Shown in pieces: positions 48,930-56,076 of a DNA stretch of 64,000 nt; positions within the stretch are counted from its first letter, which is position 1; every line of letters begins with the position of its first letter. This DNA comes from Patescibacteria group bacterium (GTDB lineage: Bacteria; Patescibacteriota; Patescibacteriia; UBA1558). The stretch is taken from positions 19,464 to 83,463 of the forward strand of contig JADHUR010000001.1 of the NCBI GenBank assembly GCA_016784445.1. The letters are read 5' to 3'. The notes under the pieces were generated by a model, which worked only from the letters and a program-made list of their open reading frames with translations, did not search any database and had not been told where the DNA came from. Made by a program: the position numbers and the translations under genes.

Positions 48930-49783
48930 ATTAAATCTGGATTATTTATTAAATCATTAACATTAAATACAGGCCCATCTTTGCATATATATACATCATT
49001 CACTGCACAATGCTGACAAACACCAATACCACAATACATTCTTCTTTCCAGTGAAAAATATATATCTTCATCTGCAAATCCTAATTCCTGTAATTTTTTT
49101 ATAACCGGCTTATACATTGCAGGCGGCCCCACCATAAATACCGTTGAATCTTTATCTATATTATCTCCATTTAAAAGTTGAGTAATTACCCCCTTAACTA
49201 CCTTAGCATTTGCAACTGCAGTTGCCCTTTTAAGTCTATCTACTGAAATACCTAGCCTTATATCATTATTAACCCAATTAGCCATCTCATCTTGATACAT
49301 TAAATACTCTATTTCATTACTACCACATAATACCTGTACTGTATTTTCTTTAAAATATTTAGAACTAATTATATGTTCAATCTCACCTCTTATAGGAGCT
49401 ACCCCAGAACCACCAGCAATTAAAATAATATTTGGTTTTGCAAGTTTATTTAAATTTGGCCAACCATTACCAAATGGCCCCCTAAATGTTAATATATCTC
49501 CGACTTTTGAATCTACTAATTTCTTAGTTAAAAAACCAACCTGCTTAACAGTAACTTGCATATATTTAGACGACTTGTCCGAAGGAGAGCAGATATCTAA
49601 AGCACATTCACCTGCTCCTATAATACCAACCATTGCAAATTGCCCCTGTATAAAAGCATACTTCTTTTGAACTTTAGAATCTTCAAATTGCAGAGTAAAT
49701 AAAGCTGCATCATCTGCCACTGCTTTTATCTTTACTATTTTAACTCTTTGTGGTAAATATGGATCAATCATTTTTCTTCTCAA
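48926..49783 (-). CDS. hydrogenase gamma subunit (FAD/NAD(P)-binding PyrK/AsrB-like reductase with C-terminal 2Fe-2S)
   Basis: FRGPFGNGW, IAGGSGVAPI (NAD-binding), and a C-terminal CGIGVCQHCAVNDVYICKDGPVF. Confidence 0.8.
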   Translation of the reverse strand: MRRKMIDPYLPQRVKIVKIKAVADDAALFTLQFEDSKVQKKYAFIQGQFAMVGIIGAGECALDICSPSDKSSKYMQVTVKQVGFLTKKLVDSKVGDILTFRGPFGNGWPNLNKLAKPNIILIAGGSGVAPIRGEIEHIISSKYFKENTVQVLCGSNEIEYLMYQDEMANWVNNDIRLGISVDRLKRATAVANAKVVKGVITQLLNGDNIDKDSTVFMVGPPAMYKPVIKKLQELGFADEDIYFSLERRMYCGIGVCQHCAVNDVYICKDGPVFNVNDLINNPDLI

Positions 49784-50759
49784 GCTTGTTTAATACTTCA
49801 ATTATATTTATTCCAACAGGACAAACTTTAAAACACCTCATACAACTAACACATCCTGGTACTTTATACTCTGCTGGTGTTCTACTAAATTTATGCTCAT
49901 ACCAAAAGAATAGTTTCTGTTTAACAGTATCTACAAATTTTTTACCGCCAGCCACTTGTGAAAACTCTGGATAAAAGCAATTACCCCAAACTCTTTTTTT
50001 AGAAACTGTATTGTCTGCACCAGCTTCATCTAATAGATCAAAACAAAAACATGTAGGACATGCTGTTGAACATTTACCACAAGCTGTACAAATCTTTGCA
50101 ATTTCATCCCAAACTGGATTATCTTCAGACCCCTTAACAATGGGCATTAACTTTAACATTCTTTGATCCGGACCCTCTTCTTGTATAAGACCAGCAAATT
50201 GAATATTTTCAAAGACATCAATGCCAGCACCTCTTAATACTTTTCTACCTTTAGCTGAACCAGAATATACTTTAAACTCACCTTCTTTATTTTTTTCTAA
50301 GAAAATATCGAAAGGAATATGTTCAAGTACATTCTCCACCTTATCCATTGAGAATATCTTATATTCCTCATAATCTGCTGGAGCGCCAGATGAAATACCA
50401 ACAACTAAACCATTTTCTCTTTTTGCTAAATAATATGGATCATTTGTAAACACTAAATCAAAAAGACCAAGTGCCTTTAAATCTAAAACATTCATGCCAT
50501 ATGCCGCCTTACCTTTTACTTTACTTAAATCTGGTTTAATTAATTTATCTTTCTTCCAAGAAAAAAGCTCTTCTTGGTCTGGCAAGAAAAGCTGCTTAAA
50601 AGTATTATCTGGAATACGACTAGAATAGTCTATATTATCAATATTATTTACACCCTTTACAATTAGTTCATCCTTAGAAAGAACTGGTGCATAAATATCG
50701 TATTGTTTAGCAATATATATTGCTAATTTATCTATCTCATTTTTTAGCATAAGTAGCAT
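49764..50759 (-). CDS. hydrogenase beta subunit (AsrA/HydB-like, two [4Fe-4S] ferredoxin motifs)
   Basis: CTACGKCSTACPTCFC and CVSCMRCFKVCPVG. Confidence 0.8.
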   Translation of the reverse strand: MLLMLKNEIDKLAIYIAKQYDIYAPVLSKDELIVKGVNNIDNIDYSSRIPDNTFKQLFLPDQEELFSWKKDKLIKPDLSKVKGKAAYGMNVLDLKALGLFDLVFTNDPYYLAKRENGLVVGISSGAPADYEEYKIFSMDKVENVLEHIPFDIFLEKNKEGEFKVYSGSAKGRKVLRGAGIDVFENIQFAGLIQEEGPDQRMLKLMPIVKGSEDNPVWDEIAKICTACGKCSTACPTCFCFDLLDEAGADNTVSKKRVWGNCFYPEFSQVAGGKKFVDTVKQKLFFWYEHKFSRTPAEYKVPGCVSCMRCFKVCPVGINIIEVLNKLEKKND

Positions 50760-50790
50760 TATTATACTAAAAAATGCTTATATTGTAAAT

Positions 50791-51357
50791 TTAATCTGAT
50801 TGCAAGAATTTCTGATAATCCAAGTCATTTCTAATAATTTCTTGAACTATATGCCCTCTCAACCAATTAGCCTTTGTTTTACCAGAAACAGAAGTCTTCC
50901 ATCTTAAATATCTTTCAATTCTTGGAGTAATTCGCCAAGTAAACTTAACAGATGGCGTGTCCCATCTAGAATCACCATTCTCAATTAAGTCTAAAAACTC
51001 CGACACCTTTGTCTTAATATTACAATCATTATAGTGTTTAACAATTAAAAACTTAGAAACATCTTTATTATTCTTTATAAATAACAATTCATCGGGCAGT
51101 GGTTGTCCCTTTTCAAGTAAATACAATATAGGACGCTTTTGAGAAATAGCTAAGGCAATTAAGTATCCCGCATCCTGATTATTCTCTCCTCCAGCTATAA
51201 TAAGCCCATCAAGTCTTGAAAAAGATATATTATTAGATATATTACTCTTGTCATTCTGAGTAAAAACAATTACGCCAAGATCAGACAAAACTCTATCGAT
51301 ATCAAATATCTTAGATTGAGAATTATTATTAATATTTGAACTTAAGAATAATTTCAT
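50791..51357 (-). CDS. hypothetical protein, possibly NDT/SLOG-like Rossmannoid fold
   Basis: LDGLIIAGGENNQDAGYLIALAISQKRPILYL loosely resembles the deoxyribosyltransferase motif but has no Glu at the catalytic position; a weak call. Confidence 0.3.
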   Translation of the reverse strand: MKLFLSSNINNNSQSKIFDIDRVLSDLGVIVFTQNDKSNISNNISFSRLDGLIIAGGENNQDAGYLIALAISQKRPILYLLEKGQPLPDELLFIKNNKDVSKFLIVKHYNDCNIKTKVSEFLDLIENGDSRWDTPSVKFTWRITPRIERYLRWKTSVSGKTKANWLRGHIVQEIIRNDLDYQKFLQSD

Positions 51358-52271
51358 TGTTTTATAGTAAATATCTTTTTAAATTCCATAGTAGACTTAG
51401 ACTGTGCCAAACACCACATCGTTCTAATTATCATCATCTCCCAAGACATTAGTGATGTAATAATATAATTACTAGGTAGTGGATTTTCTCTTACTATCCC
51501 AAGTCTGTTATATATTATAATTGGTTTATTCCTAAAGTTTTCTTTAAGCCATAAAATATCATTATCCAGAAGTCCGTCTGTATGAATACTTTTAATTATT
51601 AAAGCTTTACTCTTTTTTAAAACAGCTTTATGTTTATCCCAAGCAAAACCAGGGTGTAAATAAAATACAGATAAATTATTATTAAACTTATTTATAAACT
51701 CAACATCTCTATTTTTCTTCTTTGGCTTGGCAAGTAATTCTAAACTAAAATCTACTGTTGCAATATATTCTCCTGTTAAGCTATCAAATGAATTTAAATG
51801 TGAGACACTTACCTTTCTAGCAAGAGAAGCCTGTATGGCTTTCTGTCCATAGACTAACATCACGTCACTAATATTACTGTTTATAAGCTGCAAGGCATTT
51901 ATTAAATTAGTCTTTAATGATAAATCAGATAATTTTTTAAACTTAAAACCACCGCCTGAAAGTAATGCGGTGGTAAATACTATTGGTTTATAATTTTTAA
52001 TAAAGGCTGTATCTGTAGCTACTGCTGAGTATATTAAATTATCTCCCTTAGCAACAATCACAAACCCATCATATCTATCATAATTACTATATATTGTATC
52101 ATTTATAGCAAGCCAAGACTCCAATTGAGAACTGCCTGTTTTAATATGTAATGGTAATGTTACTATCTCAGCTAGAAGGTCTAGTTCGGGCATTTTAGAG
52201 GCTATTAAATCAGCCTGCTGCAGGCTATTTCTCATATCTAAATAGATTATTAATACCCTATTCTTAGCCAT
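51354..52271 (-). CDS. L-asparaginase/glutaminase-fold protein lacking both catalytic threonines (probable pseudo-enzyme)
   Basis: YDRYDGFVIVAKGDNLIYSAVATD...NYKPIVFTTALLS aligns with AnsA [24 protein letters not shown]...NLGKPVIVTGSQ. The N-terminal TGGTIGM box is replaced by YLDMRNS and HGTDTM by AKGDNL. Confidence 0.55.
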   Translation of the reverse strand: MAKNRVLIIYLDMRNSLQQADLIASKMPELDLLAEIVTLPLHIKTGSSQLESWLAINDTIYSNYDRYDGFVIVAKGDNLIYSAVATDTAFIKNYKPIVFTTALLSGGGFKFKKLSDLSLKTNLINALQLINSNISDVMLVYGQKAIQASLARKVSVSHLNSFDSLTGEYIATVDFSLELLAKPKKKNRDVEFINKFNNNLSVFYLHPGFAWDKHKAVLKKSKALIIKSIHTDGLLDNDILWLKENFRNKPIIIYNRLGIVRENPLPSNYIITSLMSWEMMIIRTMWCLAQSKSTMEFKKIFTIKQ

Positions 52272-52338
52272 TTTATTGAATTGTACCCTTTTTAATATTA
52301 AGCGACGGCGCTTATATTCACGACGGCTTAATAAAGCA

Positions 52339-52368
52339 ACTTAGCACCAGTTAAATATATTGTCAAGT
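52339..52368 (-). promoter_or_regulatory. candidate promoter TTGACA-N17-TAAGTT for the long minus-strand gene train
   Basis: Reverse-complement reading: ttgaca (52363-52368), a 17-nt spacer, taagtt (52339-52344), about 70 nt upstream of the 52271 start. Confidence 0.3.
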
Positions 52369-52410
52369 ATAAAGGTAAAATAAAAACCCTTTTAATATAA
52401 AGGGTTAATA

Positions 52411-52432
52411 TGGTTCGGAGGCAGGGATTCGA
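52411..52432. repeat. 22-bp direct repeat identical to the 3' end (T-loop to CCA) of the tRNA-Gln gene at 53469-53490: att-site-like
   Basis: tggttcggaggcagggattcga occurs at 52411-52432 and again at 53469-53490; the first copy is preceded by a hairpin aaccctt-taatat-aagggtt. Confidence 0.6.
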
Positions 52433-52451
52433 TGTCAAGAAGCAGTAAATA

Positions 52452-53396
52452 CTAACCAGTCTGCTTAAAAACTCTCATCCAATTATCATAGAATATTTTC
52501 TTAACAAGCTTCCTATCTAATCTTTTAAGTAAATACTCTTCTATTCCGTTTAAAACTAATACATCTTTATGGCCACCCAAGAATGGATACTCTTTTAAGG
52601 GATAAATATCTGAACTAATTGCAATACAATCTTCCCCCCATTTATTTAAGATATATTCTATATGATTATAGAACTCATCAAAACTTCCCTTGTCTCCGAC
52701 ATCTTCAGAAAGAGGAAATAAAGATATAACTCCTCCTCTATCAACAATCAATTGGATTTCTTGATCAGTTAAATTATGTACTGAATTATGAACAGAACGA
52801 ACATTTCCGTGTGTAGAAACAATCATACCATTGAAATTTTTAGCTACATCTACCACAGATTTTTCACTCAAATGAGCAATATCAATAATTAATGATTTAT
52901 CATTCATTCTTTCTAGTACATCAAATCCTTTTTGACTGATTCCTTTATCTTTTTTTGAACCTCTTCCGCAAGCATAATCATTGTCATCTTCCCAAGATAA
53001 ACCAAAAATCCTTACTCCTAAATTATAAAAATAGTCAAAATCATCTGGACTGCGAAAACACTGAAGTCCCTCAATAGTATAAATACAAGAAATATCATTT
53101 GATTTTTCATCTATCTCACTAAATTCAGCAATAGATTTAATTGCCGGACTAAGAGAAAAAAGATTTTCACACCAATAATAAAAACTAGTAACTCCATCAT
53201 AAAAGCTTGTTTTAAGAAAATCCTTATCAAAATACAAAGACACTCCTAAAACCTTAACTCCTGCTTCTTTAAGTTTTTCTAAAGAAACTGGCAAATCCTT
53301 CTTAGAATAAAAATCATTCTGACTATACTTAAAATGTTTAAATATATCTGCTATATCTATATGAGTGTCAATTTTCTGAATTCTATTATTTTTCAT
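52452..53396 (-). CDS. metal-dependent amidohydrolase, M19 (renal) dipeptidase-like
   Basis: N-terminal IDTHIDI (His-x-Asp metal ligands), an internal DIAHLSEKS motif and a TIM-barrel-like length; the family assignment is tentative. Confidence 0.45.
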   Translation of the reverse strand: MKNNRIQKIDTHIDIADIFKHFKYSQNDFYSKKDLPVSLEKLKEAGVKVLGVSLYFDKDFLKTSFYDGVTSFYYWCENLFSLSPAIKSIAEFSEIDEKSNDISCIYTIEGLQCFRSPDDFDYFYNLGVRIFGLSWEDDNDYACGRGSKKDKGISQKGFDVLERMNDKSLIIDIAHLSEKSVVDVAKNFNGMIVSTHGNVRSVHNSVHNLTDQEIQLIVDRGGVISLFPLSEDVGDKGSFDEFYNHIEYILNKWGEDCIAISSDIYPLKEYPFLGGHKDVLVLNGIEEYLLKRLDRKLVKKIFYDNWMRVFKQTG

Positions 53397-53468
53397 AAAT
53401 ATACAATATTTATTTAATATATAATTATAATATCAAAAAACCACCTATTTTCATAGATGACCTTTTAA

Positions 53469-53542
53469 TGGTTCGGAGGCAGGGATTCGAACCCCAATTG
53501 GCTGGACCAGAACCAGCAGTCCTACCATTAGACGACCTCCGA
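53469..53542 (-). tRNA. tRNA-Gln (anticodon CUG), CCA encoded
   Basis: Reverse complement TCGGAGGTCGTCTAATGGTAGGACTGCTGGTTCTGGTCCAGCCAATTGGGGTTCGAATCCCTGCCTCCGAACCA: acceptor TCGGAGG/CCTCCGA, anticodon stem GCTGG/CCAGC with loop TTCTGGT, T-loop TTCGAAT. Confidence 0.7.
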
Positions 53543-53554
53543 TCGTTAAACATT

Positions 53555-55204
53555 TTAACTGAAAGCTGTTGCTACGTCAACTTTTACATCCTGATCAATA
53601 GGTTTTTCTTGAATCGAATTAGTTTGATCACCTTCAGGTGGTAATTCTTCAATGAATACTTCCCAAACTACTCTTTTCTCATAATCTTTATCTACAATTC
53701 CTTGAACAGTTACCTTCTCGCCAATATGATTACTAATTATTTCTTCCAAGGCGTGCTTTTTAGAGCTATCTTCTAAGACTTCACCATGAAAAGAATACTG
53801 AAAGCCAAAAGTAAATAAACCATTCTCATAACTTACTGGCCTTGCTACCTTCATCAAAGCAGACAAAGAATTATTATATTTCTTAACTTCAATTAAAATG
53901 TCCAGCCACTTGGGCTGGATATCATCTAACTTTAATTTAGATATATTAGCGGGCGGCGACTCAAATACTTTTTCACTTTTTATCTCAGGTTCTTCCTTAG
54001 ATTCCTCTTTAGGAACTTCTTCTTTCTTATCTTCCTTGGGAGTTTCCTTAGGAGGCTTAACAGTAGTATCTGGTTTTGACTGATCATCATTTATAGAAAT
54101 ATTTTCACCCTGACACATAATTACAATAGCAAGTTCTATTGGTAAATGTGGAATTGAAGATAATTTAATTTGTTGAAACTTAGCAAGTAATGTATCTATC
54201 ATAAATACTAAATGATCAGCAGTGATTTTCTCTGTCTGATTAGTCATATTTTTCTGAACTTCTTTATCGAAATTTTGTTGTAATATTCTATTGTCTGCAG
54301 CTAATTTAAATAATAATAACTGCCTTAAATAGTCTATCCAGTCCATAGTTAGCTGATTTAAATCAATTCCTTCCATTAATGATTGATTTAATAGATTCAC
54401 GCCATCAGCTGCTGACTTTTTTATAATATATTCTGTTAAGGATGAAACGATCTTAATATCTGATCTTGGCAGGACAAGTGATGCTTGATCAAAAGTAATT
54501 TTTTTATCAGATAATGTTAATACTTGCCCCAAAACACTTAATGCATCTCTTGCTCCACCTTCTGCTTGTTTAGCAATAGCCTGAAGTACATCATTACTCA
54601 CTTCATATTTTTCTGATATACAAATACCCTCCATCCATTTAACCAAATCTGCAGTTGCAATACGATGATAATCAAATCTCTGACACCTTGAAATTATTGT
54701 TTCAGGAACTTTATGAATTTCTGTAGTAGCTAAAATAAAAAGAACCTTAGCTGGTGGTTCTTCTAATGTTTTAAGTAATGCATTAAATGAAGCAGTAGAT
54801 AACATATGCACCTCATCTATAATGAAAACCTTTGTCTTACCGGAACTTGCAGATATTCTAGAGGCTGCAATAATATTCTCTCTTGTTTGATCTACCTTAG
54901 TTTGAGAAGCAGCATCTATCTCTACCATGGATAATGATTTACCTTCATCTACTTCTTTACATGCATCACATTTATTACACGGCTCAGACTCATTGTCTTT
55001 TCTATTCTCACAATTAACAGCCTTAGCAAGTATTCTGGCAATAGTAGTCTTACCAATGCCTCTAGGTCCATTAAATAAATAAGCGTGAGCTAGCTTATTA
55101 CTTGCTATCTCATTTTGCAGAGTAATCTTAATATGATTCTGATTGACTACATCAGCAAAAGATAGGGGTCTATACTTATTATATAATGTTTGTTTTGATT
55201 GCAT
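53555..55204 (-). CDS. dnaX: DNA polymerase III subunit gamma/tau
   Basis: YRP...GPRGIGKTTIARILAKAVNCEN, zinc module C..C..C, Walker B FIIDEVHML, sensor SRCQRF. The start is taken at MQSKQTLYNKYRP (ATG at 55202-55204); the tracked ORF has 14 extra codons. Confidence 0.9.
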   Translation of the reverse strand: MQSKQTLYNKYRPLSFADVVNQNHIKITLQNEIASNKLAHAYLFNGPRGIGKTTIARILAKAVNCENRKDNESEPCNKCDACKEVDEGKSLSMVEIDAASQTKVDQTRENIIAASRISASSGKTKVFIIDEVHMLSTASFNALLKTLEEPPAKVLFILATTEIHKVPETIISRCQRFDYHRIATADLVKWMEGICISEKYEVSNDVLQAIAKQAEGGARDALSVLGQVLTLSDKKITFDQASLVLPRSDIKIVSSLTEYIIKKSAADGVNLLNQSLMEGIDLNQLTMDWIDYLRQLLLFKLAADNRILQQNFDKEVQKNMTNQTEKITADHLVFMIDTLLAKFQQIKLSSIPHLPIELAIVIMCQGENISINDDQSKPDTTVKPPKETPKEDKKEEVPKEESKEEPEIKSEKVFESPPANISKLKLDDIQPKWLDILIEVKKYNNSLSALMKVARPVSYENGLFTFGFQYSFHGEVLEDSSKKHALEEIISNHIGEKVTVQGIVDKDYEKRVVWEVFIEELPPEGDQTNSIQEKPIDQDVKVDVATAFS

Positions 55205-55294
55205 AAATTGAAAATTAGCATTGGTATTGTAGCAAATATTTAGCAAAAATAAAAGCCGGGAAAATCCCGGCTTTAAATATACAATTTATTGAAT

Positions 55295-55867
55295 TTATGA
55301 ACTGGAACTTTTAATAACATTTTCAATAGCCGCCCATTGACTCTCTGTATCTTTTGGTACCAAAATTACGGCTTCTTCACCTTCACTACCGTGGAAATAT
55401 GTTACTGCTGCTACTATTACCTTAAACATCTTATTGCCAACCATTACTCCATAATTACCTTCGGCGTCTTTAATAAGTCTACCAACCTTTCTATCTCTAT
55501 CTACCGGTCCAATTTGTTTATATATAAATGATCCGTCACCACTTATTCTTAACTTTAAAATATCTCCTTCAACAAGTTTAGATTTTGAAATATAATTTGC
55601 AGGTATTGAATAATGCTTACCATCTGGTCCGATCATCTGTTGACCATCAAATACACCTTCTACAACCTTTTCATCTTCTGTTATCTCTTCACTTAAATCT
55701 TTAAGCTTTGGAGAAAAGTCTGGGCTACGTCCGGTAATAAGTCCTGCTTTAGATAGTTCAAGTTTTATTCTTTGCAGTTCTGTTTCAATTTTATCCAATG
55801 TTAATTGAATACCTGAAACTGCATCTTGATCTATGTCCTGATTGTTTTGTTTTAATTCTTCTTCCAT
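55295..55867 (-). CDS. hypothetical protein (N-terminal coiled coil plus beta-rich C-domain)
   Basis: ORF only. Confidence 0.4.
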   Translation of the reverse strand: MEEELKQNNQDIDQDAVSGIQLTLDKIETELQRIKLELSKAGLITGRSPDFSPKLKDLSEEITEDEKVVEGVFDGQQMIGPDGKHYSIPANYISKSKLVEGDILKLRISGDGSFIYKQIGPVDRDRKVGRLIKDAEGNYGVMVGNKMFKVIVAAVTYFHGSEGEEAVILVPKDTESQWAAIENVIKSSSS

Positions 55868-56076
55868 AATTTTATTGTTTTATTTTAGTTTTAATTTTAT
55901 TTGATTTTTGTTTTATTTCAACATAAGTATATATTATTTTCAAGAAATAAGAAAAGGGCTTTTATCAGCTAAAAATGACCTATTTTTTAATATATTATTA
56001 TTTATTTTAAAATAAACAAAAAATGTGGATAAATGTACCCACATTATTAACAACTTAATTAAGCTCTTATACACAA

